IMG/VR virus record: IMGVR_UViG_3300005714_000005
Location: 1 to 64,000 of that record
Direction: 5' to 3' (one strand)
DNA from: a virus
Taxonomy: Duplodnaviria > Caudoviricetes
Length of the DNA: 64,000 nucleotides
Positions 1 to 9,205 of the stretch are shown here, one piece after another. Under the pieces are notes generated by a model that saw only the letters and a list, made by a program, of their open reading frames with translations, had not been told where the DNA came from and did not search any database. How positions within the stretch are numbered: the first letter of the stretch is position 1; each line of letters starts with the position of its first letter. The position numbers and the translations under genes were made by a program.

Positions 1-22
1 AAATAGAAAAGAGGTATAAGAT

Positions 23-352
23 ATGGAACAAATAACCAAAAAATGCACACGTTGCGGCGCTTCTCATACAGGCGATTTTTATGAGTTGAGAAAATATTTC
101 ACGACTAGCAAAAGGGCGAAACATGGACTTGATCCACGTTGTAAAGAGTGCAAGAGGGAAATGGCTAAAAACTATAAAGCGAATTGCACAACAGAGAAAT
201 ATAAAGAAACACACAATAGACGTAATTTATACAATAAGTATATCAATGTACAGGTTGAAAACATGGTAACAGAGGACATTGACAAAGCCATTGAGGTAGT
301 AGAAAACAGACTCAAAGAGTTAAAGAGGGAGAAAGCAAAGCGATTGGGTTGA
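23..352 (+). CDS. Cys-rich (CxxC...CxxC) zinc-finger protein
   Basis: CTRCG and CKEC motifs; RBS agagg. Confidence 0.6.
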   Translation: MEQITKKCTRCGASHTGDFYELRKYFTTSKRAKHGLDPRCKECKREMAKNYKANCTTEKYKETHNRRNLYNKYINVQVENMVTEDIDKAIEVVENRLKELKREKAKRLG

Positions 353-487
353 TTGTAAAAAGTTTAAAATATCAAAAAAAAGTTAAAATAATACTTGATA
401 TTTGTCAAATACAATGATATAATAATAAATGTAAGGTAGTTAAGTGATCTTACAAAAATACATGTAAAATTATTGGAGGTTATTAAA

Positions 488-757
488 ATGAAAAAAGAAT
501 TATTAAAAGTTGTATTCAGAAAGTTTGAAGATGGAGAAATTATCGCCTTATTTCCCGATATAAAGTTCAGTTATCCTAATTACACAATCATGTCATATAT
601 GCACATTGGGCAGCATGAAGAGGTAGACCATCATATAATAACACAACAAACAAAACTAGCGACTGAAGAAGATTATCAATCATTGTTGAATGAAATTTCA
701 AATATTTATCATGAATATGATATAAAAGTCATGAAAAAATTAAATGTTAGATTTTAA
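488..757 (+). CDS. Hypothetical phage protein
   Basis: RBS ggagg before ATG 488; own promoter and terminator. Confidence 0.8.
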   Translation: MKKELLKVVFRKFEDGEIIALFPDIKFSYPNYTIMSYMHIGQHEEVDHHIITQQTKLATEEDYQSLLNEISNIYHEYDIKVMKKLNVRF

Positions 758-782
758 AGAGTGTATAACACTCTTTTTTATT
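756..782 (+). terminator. Intrinsic terminator
   Basis: aagagtgt-ata-acactctt followed by T tract; near-copy at 2285-2310. Confidence 0.8.
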
Positions 783-932
783 TTGCCTCAAAGTGGATAA
801 CATGGGAAACCGATATAATTAAAGTTTATAAATTTAAACTTTTTTGTTTTTGCCTATTGTAATTTATAAAATAGTATGGTACAATAGGTTTATCAGTTAG
901 TTAATAAATAAATTATTGGGGGTTATCAAGTT

Positions 933-1097
933 ATGAGAAAATTATTTTATAGTGTGTTAGTAGTTGCCTTTGTTTGGTTATTTGTTTATTGCATTAAATC
1001 AGTACATGAGACAGAGCAGGCATACGGTGGATCAGTTGAGTCATGTATCGAATTAGGCTATGAAAAGGCTATGTGCAAACGTGTGTTTGAATGGTAA
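933..1097 (+). CDS. Small membrane-anchored protein (54 aa, not in ORF track)
   Basis: MRKLFYSVLVVAFVWLFVYCIK..., RBS ggggg, promoter at 857. Confidence 0.65.
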   Translation: MRKLFYSVLVVAFVWLFVYCIKSVHETEQAYGGSVESCIELGYEKAMCKRVFEW

Positions 1098-1230
1098 AAA
1101 GTTGATAAAAGTTGATAAAACTGGTTGACTTTTATATAAATATATGGTATTATATATATGTAGAGGTTGATATATCAACCCGTATTCGAACAGACAATTG
1201 AATAAAATTAAAATTGCAGGAGGTCGCAAG

Positions 1231-1401
1231 ATGAAGAAAGAAGATATTACTTTAATAATGGTATTAGATTTAGCAAAAGCCAAAGGCTACAAATTTGAAT
1301 TTGTGTTAGGTGGAAAAGTAAAATGGTTGAAATTATCAAAAGAGGATGATTACTTTATTGTATCATCTTTATATGAGTGTTATTGTTGGTTAGAGGGTTA
1401 A
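1231..1401 (+). CDS. Hypothetical protein
   Basis: RBS aggagg before ATG 1231. Confidence 0.7.
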   Translation: MKKEDITLIMVLDLAKAKGYKFEFVLGGKVKWLKLSKEDDYFIVSSLYECYCWLEG

Positions 1402-1449
1402 ACCCCTTTAATCAGTAGTGATCTAAATTAAATCTAGGAGGTCTTATAA

Positions 1450-1647
1450 GTGAAATATTATTCAAGTAAAGAATTAATGCAAATGAGTCTATCAGAGTTG
1501 AAAGAATTGTCGTTTGAACAGCTAATCGAGGGGATTTGCACGTTAGAGATCACGATTTATACATTAGAATCAAACGGTTATGATTACTCTAAGGAATCAA
1601 CAAAACAGGATCAGTTAAAAGAATTATTAAAAAGTTTAAAAAAGTAG
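1450..1647 (+). CDS. Hypothetical protein
   Basis: RBS aggagg, GTG start. Confidence 0.7.
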   Translation: MKYYSSKELMQMSLSELKELSFEQLIEGICTLEITIYTLESNGYDYSKESTKQDQLKELLKSLKK

Positions 1648-1733
1648 TTGACATTTAACAAGTTGTATGATATAATTATATTATAAGGTTGAGATAGAGC
1701 CTTACAAAAATACATAGGAAAGTTGGTAATAAT

Positions 1734-1913
1734 ATGTGGGCAATAGCAAAAGTAAATTATGTGAATAAGGTATCAGGAGCTAGAATGTTTACAGAGGGTA
1801 AGCAATATGAAATCATCAAAAAGAATAACAAAACGAATCAATGTACAGTAAAAAGAAACGACAACGGTAAAAGATGCATGGTATCACAAGATTTATTTGA
1901 GATGATAGATTAA
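1734..1913 (+). CDS. Small hypothetical protein (59 aa, not in ORF track)
   Basis: MWAIAKVNYVNKVSGARMFTEGKQYEII...; follows the consensus promoter at 1648. Confidence 0.6.
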   Translation: MWAIAKVNYVNKVSGARMFTEGKQYEIIKKNNKTNQCTVKRNDNGKRCMVSQDLFEMID

Positions 1914-1978
1914 TCAAGTGGGGTTAAATCCCCACTATCTTAATAAATAGATTTATAAATATATGGAGGTTATGAGAG

Positions 1979-2284
1979 ATGAAAAAATTTTTTATTGTTG
2001 CTTTATTTAGTGCTTTAATTTTAGGGTTTACAGGTTGCTCAAAGAGTGATGATAGCTTTAGTCACTATCGCAATATTTACGGTGACGATTGTGAGGTGTA
2101 CACGTTATCACCTAGTTATTTTTTGATTAGTTGGGAACAGGATGTCGATAGTGCAGACATTATATTTAGTAATGATAAAGCTATTGAGGTTATAGATCAC
2201 AAAGGGAAATTGGATAAAATCAATTATGGCGATAGTGGTATACAGTTATATTTTACTGATGACACAGGATATTGGTTTGAATAG
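1979..2284 (+). CDS. Lipoprotein
   Basis: Signal peptide with lipobox FTGC. Confidence 0.75.
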   Translation: MKKFFIVALFSALILGFTGCSKSDDSFSHYRNIYGDDCEVYTLSPSYFLISWEQDVDSADIIFSNDKAIEVIDHKGKLDKINYGDSGIQLYFTDDTGYWFE

Positions 2285-2396
2285 AGAGTGCTAGACACTC
2301 TTTTTATTTTGCCTAAAAGTAGATCATAAAGAGTAATTAAATAGTTGATATTTATATAAATATGTGCTATAATAAATTATAAGTTAAAGGAAAGGA

Positions 2397-2579
2397 ATGA
2401 TAAAAATGATTAGAAAAGATTTTGAGCGTGAGGGGTTTAAGTTTGTGTTTGATAGCGATAACTATTGCACCGTAACAAATTCTGATGGTAAAATCGTTTA
2501 TCATGGTAAGGTATCGGATTGGTTGAGTGAACTTGATATATTTAATGATCTTAAATATTTCGGATATTTGAGAGAATGA
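2397..2579 (+). CDS. Hypothetical protein
   Basis: ORF after promoter 2345, with RBS. Confidence 0.65.
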   Translation: MIKMIRKDFEREGFKFVFDSDNYCTVTNSDGKIVYHGKVSDWLSELDIFNDLKYFGYLRE

Positions 2580-2703
2580 AAAATGTTTATAAATTTAAAC
2601 TTTTTAATTAAAAACTGATTGACATATTTATGATATGATGGTATAATAATAAATGTAAGGGATACTTACAGAAAAACTATTAAATTATTGGAGGTTGTTA
2701 TTT

Positions 2704-3156
2704 ATGAAATGGAAAATTGAAGATGTAGAAGATATTGTTAAAGAATGCGATATGATCTTAAATCATAAATCAAATTTAAATATAGGGCATAATAAAAAAC
2801 TGAAAAGCACACTCGCTAGATATTTATATCTAAACAAAGACAAGACACCTATAGCTATCGAGGTTGGTACAGACATTTTAAACGTGCCAGACAGAAAAGC
2901 TTTATCAGACGTGATTAAACATGAGTATGCACATTATTATACTATTAGCGTTTTAAACTCTAGCAACGGCCACGACAAAGAGTTTAGGGGAATATGTAAG
3001 TTGCTAGGTACAGACAATTATAAAGCAAAATGTAATGAGTTTGTCAAAAGTCAGTTGGTAGAGGCACGAAAACCAACAGAACAACAGGAGTTGGCTTTTT
3101 ATAATATGTTAAAAAGAATGATGGAACAACAACAGAGAACAAAAGTCATGAATTAA
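2704..3156 (+). CDS. SprT-like zinc metallopeptidase
   Basis: HEYAH followed by GHDKEF...C, the SprT pattern. Confidence 0.75.
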   Translation: MKWKIEDVEDIVKECDMILNHKSNLNIGHNKKLKSTLARYLYLNKDKTPIAIEVGTDILNVPDRKALSDVIKHEYAHYYTISVLNSSNGHDKEFRGICKLLGTDNYKAKCNEFVKSQLVEARKPTEQQELAFYNMLKRMMEQQQRTKVMN

Positions 3157-3504
3157 TAGACTATCATTGATAGTCTTTTATTTTGCTTATTTTGATGTAA
3201 CTATGTAGATCATAAAGTGTGGAAAGCAGGATAAATCATGGCAGAATTAAATGGAATTCAAGTTGATAAAATTAAACTTTTTTTGTTTTTGCCTATTGTA
3301 ATATATAATTATGTATGGTATAATAAATTCATAAGTTAAAGGAAATGTATTCAGACGAACAATTTAATAGTATTCAGACAGACAACTAAATAAAAAAACT
3401 TTAAAAAAGTTTATAAAAGTACTTGATATTATTCAAGTAGTGTGATATAATAAATACATAAGGTCGAGAGTTCAACAAATAAAATTTGAAAAGGTGGAAT
3501 TAAA

Positions 3505-3939
3505 ATGACTCAAAAAGTTTTCTCATTCACAGTTAAAGGACAAAAATATACATTCAACACAGTAGCGGAAATGGTAAAGGCTAAACGTGAAATGATCGAG
3601 CAGGGTATCAATGTTGATTTACACTCTATCAAAAAAGAAGAAAAGAAAATTAAAGCTAGCGCCAAAATTGAATTTGATTCATATACTAGCAAGGACAACG
3701 GACGTACTTTAACAGCTTATGTTACGGTTAAATCAGAACAAGCCGAACAAGTATTTGACAAGTTGGCAGGTATTATGCAATCTCGATTAGGTGAAATGTT
3801 CATGTGTTGCCCAATCGAGGAGAACGGAACGTATACAGACGGAATTACTGTAGAGTATAGTCATGGGTCAATGACAACAGTTAAAGAAGATATAAAATAT
3901 ATCTTCAAACAAGCCAAAAAGGAATTGTGTATTCGTTAG
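3505..3939 (+). CDS. Hypothetical protein
   Basis: ORF with own promoter (3423) and RBS. Confidence 0.75.
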   Translation: MTQKVFSFTVKGQKYTFNTVAEMVKAKREMIEQGINVDLHSIKKEEKKIKASAKIEFDSYTSKDNGRTLTAYVTVKSEQAEQVFDKLAGIMQSRLGEMFMCCPIEENGTYTDGITVEYSHGSMTTVKEDIKYIFKQAKKELCIR

Positions 3940-4083
3940 GATACATGATTCTGACATGGTGAATCATTTAGTCAGTTGGATAATTGGGCTTAAAAAAGTT
4001 TATAATTTTAAAGTTTATCTATTGCAATTTATAAAATTATATGTTATAATTAATTATAAGTTAAAGGAAGGAATGATGTTAAT

Positions 4084-4473
4084 ATGAAAAGAATTTTAAA
4101 GAAAGATTATGTGGAATTTATGACAAAATGTGAAAAGTTAATCATTGATAATTTAGATGTTGTTAGCGTTGAGGATTGGGAAATGTCAAAACGTTTCATT
4201 TGCCAATCCGATACAGTTGGTAATTATTATATTTCACTTGACAAGTATGATAGTAAATATAATAATAAGGTATACTATATTGTAGCACGTTTCGAGGATT
4301 TAGAAAAGACAAGGGAAACATTTGGAGATGGATATTTTAATGCCAATATTGGTTATACAGGTAAAATGACATTTTCATCATTTGGAAATGAGGACGAAAA
4401 GGAAATGATGTACAATCGCTTTTATGATTTAGTATGTGCTTTACTAGATGAAAATACCGAGATTAAAGAATAG
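4084..4473 (+). CDS. Hypothetical protein
   Basis: ORF with own promoter (4022) and terminator. Confidence 0.75.
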   Translation: MKRILKKDYVEFMTKCEKLIIDNLDVVSVEDWEMSKRFICQSDTVGNYYISLDKYDSKYNNKVYYIVARFEDLEKTRETFGDGYFNANIGYTGKMTFSSFGNEDEKEMMYNRFYDLVCALLDENTEIKE

Positions 4474-4499
4474 GATTGTCAGTTATGACAATCTTTTTT

Positions 4500-5300
4500 A
4501 TATTGTTCTGATATTGGCATATGATTGTATTGTTAGTGGATCATGAATAGGTAATTTGTTGGTTATGGTAGATAGGTGATTGAGTGGTTAGTGATATGAT
4601 AGGTGTGATTGATATGATAATAGTATGATAGTGGTGATGAAATAGGTGTGATATAGTGGGAAATGGATAGGCGAATAAGAGGAATATAACTATTATATAG
4701 ATAGTAAAATAGTAAAATAAGTGAGTGAATACAGAACAACACACAACTCACAAAAACTCAAAAAATGGCAAAAAATAGCCCCTTTTCTGAGTCCCCCATT
4801 GGTTGCGACAATATGTATTATAGAAACCAATGGGGGGTATATTTCCATATTTTAGGGGGTTTTATCCTTGAAAAATTGTCGTAACACTCCCATTTTCACA
4901 CCAACTCAATTTTCAATCAATCCCACTCAATCCCATCTATCCATTTCATTAAACTCCCACAATACTAACGTTCTACCAACATTTCAACTCAACTTCATAG
5001 AACTCAACCTAACTAAATCCAACCTAATTTACCAACTATCCATAACTCAATACCAACTAACCTCCATGAAACTATCCACTCAACCTATCAACCTATCTAA
5101 TTTAACCCTTGTTCAGTTCTGAACTTTCGCTTAACTACCCATTTATTTCATTTCAAATATCCTACATTTCAACCTTAAAATCTACCCAATCGCTATTGTT
5201 GCAACTTTCCTATATCCCTTTTCACTTTGATTTACGATAAAACCTTAAATCAATGAATACATGCCTTTCTTGACTTCATATTTTACCCACAAGGGGTAGG
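4500..5300. other. Non-coding strand-skewed region; possible genome end, packaging or terminus region
   Basis: G/T-rich, C-poor 4500-4730 switches to C/A-rich, G-poor 4880-5230; repeated (A/C)ACTCAA; GGGGGTAT motifs. Confidence 0.55.
4801..4828. other. dif-like tyrosine-recombinase site
   Basis: GGTTGCGACAA-TATGTA-TTATAGAAACC (11-6-11) within a 12-bp perfect inverted repeat 4793-4804/4825-4836. Confidence 0.6.
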
Positions 5301-5489
5301 GGGTATGTTTTCGATAAATTGTACCCCCTTAATTTAAAACACCTAGAATCGCCTAAAAATAGCGTACAGGCATATATTAAGGTTTATATTAAAAAGTTGA
5401 TAAATTTAAACTTTATGCATTGACTTTTATATCTGCTTGCTATACAATAGGAAATGTAAATAAGCCACCCTTTGAGGTGAGATAGGAGA

Positions 5490-6008
5490 ATGTATATGCA
5501 AAATTATATTAACGACAAATTAAGAATGTTATTTATCTGTAAAGATGACTTGACAATGAAGATGATGGCTACAAGCATTATGCTTGAATTAACCAATCTA
5601 TCGCCCGAAGATGAAACTCCAACCACTATCATAACAACTTATAAAGAGTTAATGTCAAATGCAGGTCGTTTATCTCAAGTAACGAACACAGAGAGATTGG
5701 ATGAAGTTGCAGAAATTACAATTGTAACTTGGTTTGGAATCTACAGATTCTATTCTTATGAGAATGGTTTGAGTGCATTGTTAGGTAGACGAGTAAATGT
5801 TCTAGTCCTAGATGATGAATTGGAATTGCAAGAAGAAGAAATTAAAGACATTATTGAACCAATTACTTCTGAGTATGGAGACATGATTTTATTATCTAAA
5901 TTTACTCAATGTGAAAGTGAAACGAAATATACACGACAATTACATCGCTATTATAAGCAAATTCACCTAGATTTGGTTTGTGATAAATTTGTGGGGAAAG
6001 GAGAATAG
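5490..6008 (+). CDS. Protein resembling the Walker-B part of a terminase ATPase domain
   Basis: LLGRRVNVLVLDDE...IIEPITS versus TerL AKGLRRNGLVFEEA...NTEPLTS; no Walker A. Confidence 0.5.
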   Translation: MYMQNYINDKLRMLFICKDDLTMKMMATSIMLELTNLSPEDETPTTIITTYKELMSNAGRLSQVTNTERLDEVAEITIVTWFGIYRFYSYENGLSALLGRRVNVLVLDDELELQEEEIKDIIEPITSEYGDMILLSKFTQCESETKYTRQLHRYYKQIHLDLVCDKFVGKGE

Positions 6009-6010
6009 GC

Positions 6011-6250
6011 ATGAGCAAGTACCTACTAATGGGTAAGGATAAGTGGATAAGGGTATCACATAAGGATATTAGAAAAATCGAGAAAGTAGATTACCCAGGA
6101 GCGCATAAGAGTTGTCGCTATCGCATTATTATTACTGACAATGATAATCTTCGAGAAGAATTTCCTTATGAATTTAAAGAAAATCGAGATGAAAAATTTG
6201 ATAAAATATTATCTATGCTTGGGATAGAAAAGGAGAATGGAAATGAATAG
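6011..6250 (+). CDS. Hypothetical protein
   Basis: Coupled ORF in operon. Confidence 0.7.
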   Translation: MSKYLLMGKDKWIRVSHKDIRKIEKVDYPGAHKSCRYRIIITDNDNLREEFPYEFKENRDEKFDKILSMLGIEKENGNE

Positions 6251-6446
6251 TCGAGATACACAAACAATTTACTACAAAATTTATTATACTGCAAATGGGA
6301 AACAACAATTTAATTGGACTGAGGATAGGCTAATGATTCGCCCTATGGTTGAAACAATTAAGGGATATGGTTACACAGTTGATTATATTGCACAAGTGGT
6401 CACCAAGACAAGTGTTAGAGAACATAAATTGGAAGTTATGATGTAG
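6237..6446 (+). CDS. Hypothetical protein
   Basis: Overlapping ORF with RBS aggag. Confidence 0.7.
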   Translation: MEMNSRDTQTIYYKIYYTANGKQQFNWTEDRLMIRPMVETIKGYGYTVDYIAQVVTKTSVREHKLEVMM

Positions 6447-6461
6447 ATAGGAGAGATTGAG

Positions 6462-6770
6462 ATGGTATTGGATAAAATCAAGGAATACATAAGTACCGTT
6501 TTCAAGCATGACGAGTTTACCGAACATGAATTAACCTATGCAAGTAGATTGGTTAAGGAAATCATTCTTGAAGCAAGAACCAATAGCCTTAAAGTTGGCG
6601 ATAGATTGATTGGAATTGCAGGAGATGAATATATTGTAATAAAAATACAAAACAATGAATACAAAGTGTTAAATTTGGAAACAGGCAAAACCCTAGCTTT
6701 TACATTTGAAAACCTAAGTGAATTAACATTGGCTTGTAAGACTTGGGGAATTATTAAAGACAGAGATTAA
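6462..6770 (+). CDS. Hypothetical protein
   Basis: RBS ggag; terminator at 6790-6816. Confidence 0.7.
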   Translation: MVLDKIKEYISTVFKHDEFTEHELTYASRLVKEIILEARTNSLKVGDRLIGIAGDEYIVIKIQNNEYKVLNLETGKTLAFTFENLSELTLACKTWGIIKDRD

Positions 6771-6907
6771 TATCGGTATTAATTTAACGAGAACTAGAGA
6801 AATCTAGTTCTTTTTTGTTCCTTTTTGTTGACTTTTGTAAACTAATGTTATATAATACTATTGTAAACCAACCTTATGGTTGAATAAAATAAAAGGAGAG
6901 GAAAAGT

Positions 6908-7771
6908 ATGAGTGAATTAATTAAAGTAACTACGAATGAGCAAGGTCAAAAATTGGTGAGTGCAAGAGAGTTGCATGAACTACTAATCATTAACGAGGGC
7001 AAGAAAGAACGCTTCTCTCAATGGTTCAACCGACACTTGCAATATGGTTTTGAGGAAAATGTTGATTTTACAAGTGTAAAAATTTTTACGGTTGTAAATA
7101 ATGGTGCAAAACGTGAATTAGAAGATTATGCTATGACGCTAGATATGGCTAAGGAAATGGCAATGTTGCAAAAATCAGACAAAGGGCGAGAAGTTCGTAA
7201 ATATTTTATTGAATGCGAAAAACGAGCAAACTCTCAAGCACCTCAATTAACTCGTGAGCAATTTAATGTATTGACATTATATGAAATGGGTGGACAAAAG
7301 GCAGTTGATATTGCTTTAGAGATTAAGCAAGTTGGGATTGAAATGGGTGTATCTTTGGGCAAAGAGCAAGGTATGAAACATTTATGCAATGATGGTGTTA
7401 TCACAATTCCTGAGATTATGAATTATATCAAGAAAGAGTATGCTAACGAATTTGCTTATTCTTGTGATATTCCTTCAACAGAATGGACTAGATACTTACG
7501 ACATATGGAATATTTAGAAACTAAACAATTTGTACGAAAAGATGGCAAAGGTATTGAGAGCAAATGGTCTTATCAACCTACTCAATTATTTGAGGATGTC
7601 TTTGTCGCACAGGGTATGGCGATTGTAAGTGAGATTGATGAGAGAAAGAAAAAGAAGATTACATACACGATTGAAATTGAGAAATTCTTGTTATCAGATT
7701 TATTCAAACAGAGTTTCTTTGCATACTTAGATAATTTCTATCCTAAACTGGATTTAGATATGAGTGCTTAA
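6908..7771 (+). CDS. AntA/AntB-type antirepressor domain protein
   Basis: VSARELHE...FSQW...GFEENVDF...DYAMTLDMAKEMAM...GREVRKYFIECEK. Confidence 0.85.
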   Translation: MSELIKVTTNEQGQKLVSARELHELLIINEGKKERFSQWFNRHLQYGFEENVDFTSVKIFTVVNNGAKRELEDYAMTLDMAKEMAMLQKSDKGREVRKYFIECEKRANSQAPQLTREQFNVLTLYEMGGQKAVDIALEIKQVGIEMGVSLGKEQGMKHLCNDGVITIPEIMNYIKKEYANEFAYSCDIPSTEWTRYLRHMEYLETKQFVRKDGKGIESKWSYQPTQLFEDVFVAQGMAIVSEIDERKKKKITYTIEIEKFLLSDLFKQSFFAYLDNFYPKLDLDMSA

Positions 7772-7901
7772 GAGTAGAAAATTCTACTCTTTTTATTTTC
7801 CTTAAATTTCATTATTTTCAATTATTTAACATTTTTGTAATAAATATGTTGACATTTATCAATTTGTATGCTATATTAATATTAACAAAAGAGTTAAGGA
7901 G

Positions 7902-9203
7902 ATGAGGGAAATGAATCCATTTACATTTTTAATTGATAAGCAAGTTGATAAGAAAGTTGAAGAAATCCAAACTAAAATAATCAAAGGTAATGAAAAAGTA
8001 ATTGAAGAAGCTAGAGAGAATTATAAAGAATTAGAGAAACAACGTGAATTAACTGCTAAATTACAGGAAGAAATTATGTCATTGAAATCAATCATTGATA
8101 GCAAGGAGAAAATAATTGATTTTAAACAAAAGGAAATTGAGGAAAAACAACTTGAAGTTGATAAAATAAATAATAGTCTTTATGCTGAAGATTGTGGAAT
8201 GTATACAGATATTCAACAAATTGCTTTTAAGTTTTCAAACTCTGAGCAATATCAAAATGCTATCCAATCTAATCTTAAAGCACAAGAAGAAATGGTAGCA
8301 ATGGGGACTGCTTGTGAATGTGCTATCAATTGGACAGTAGGGAATAGCGTGAAGAAAGGTGCTAAGATGACGAAAGATGGAATTGCTATGGCACTGCGTT
8401 GTTTCAATGCAGAGTGTGGAGCAATTATTGGGAATATCAGTTCTCGTAGCACTTATAATTCTATTGAAACAAAAATTGAGAAATCATTCAAAGCTATCAA
8501 TCGTTTGAATAAAGTATCGCAAATTGTAATTACTGAAAAATACTTAGAGTTAAAAATTGAGTTAGCCCACTTAGTATATGAACAAGCTATCATAGTAGCC
8601 GAGGAGAAGGAGGAAGCTAGACGACAACGTGCAATTTTGCGTGAAGAAGAAAAGTTGGCTCGTGAGATTGAGAAAGAAATGGAAAAGTTAAATAATGAGC
8701 GTATTAAATATGAGCAGGAATTACAACGTTTAATCGAGCAACAATTAGATAACCAACGTGTTGAAGATTTACAAAATAAAATTCAAGAGTTAGACGAGCA
8801 AGAAATCAACCTTGAAGAACGATTAAAAAATAAAGCAGGATATGTTTATGTGATAAGCTCGCCTGTTATGGAGGGTATGGTCAAAATCGGAGTAAGTAGG
8901 AGACTTAATCCTTATGAGCGAATCGCAGAATTATCTAATGCTAGTTCACCTTTCAAGATGATTACTCATGGGGTCGTATTTTCTGAGGACGCTTTTGAAT
9001 TGGAAAATAAATTGCATAAACACTTTGATGATAGAAGGGTAAACAAACTAAATCGTAGACGTGAATGGTTTATCTGCACACCTCAAGAAGTTGGAGAATT
9101 TATTAATGCCAATATTGATAAAACTGTTGAGTTTAGTTACAATGTTAAGGACTATGAATATGAGGAAAGCAAGAAAATTGCTTCCTCGATGAAAGGAGAA
9201 TAA
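7902..9203 (+). CDS. DUF4041 plus T5orf172/GIY-YIG-like domain protein
   Basis: Coiled coil, LRCFNAEC; C-terminal GYVYVIS...KIGVSRRLNPYER...LENKLHKHF...EWF. Confidence 0.8.
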   Translation: MREMNPFTFLIDKQVDKKVEEIQTKIIKGNEKVIEEARENYKELEKQRELTAKLQEEIMSLKSIIDSKEKIIDFKQKEIEEKQLEVDKINNSLYAEDCGMYTDIQQIAFKFSNSEQYQNAIQSNLKAQEEMVAMGTACECAINWTVGNSVKKGAKMTKDGIAMALRCFNAECGAIIGNISSRSTYNSIETKIEKSFKAINRLNKVSQIVITEKYLELKIELAHLVYEQAIIVAEEKEEARRQRAILREEEKLAREIEKEMEKLNNERIKYEQELQRLIEQQLDNQRVEDLQNKIQELDEQEINLEERLKNKAGYVYVISSPVMEGMVKIGVSRRLNPYERIAELSNASSPFKMITHGVVFSEDAFELENKLHKHFDDRRVNKLNRRREWFICTPQEVGEFINANIDKTVEFSYNVKDYEYEESKKIASSMKGE

Positions 9204-9205
9204 TT

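Larger units (their letters stand above)
395..4050 (+). promoter_or_regulatory. Array of nine sigma-A type promoters
   Basis: -35/N17/-10 pairs with -35 starting at 395, 857, 1125, 1648 (TTGACA-N17-TATAAT), 2345, 2619 (TTGACA-N17-TATAAT), 3296, 3423 and 4022. Confidence 0.85.

Noticed and set aside
4541-5122. ORFs 4541-4744, 4563-4751 and 4868-5122
   Set aside because: Products of skewed low-complexity DNA; no RBS and biased composition
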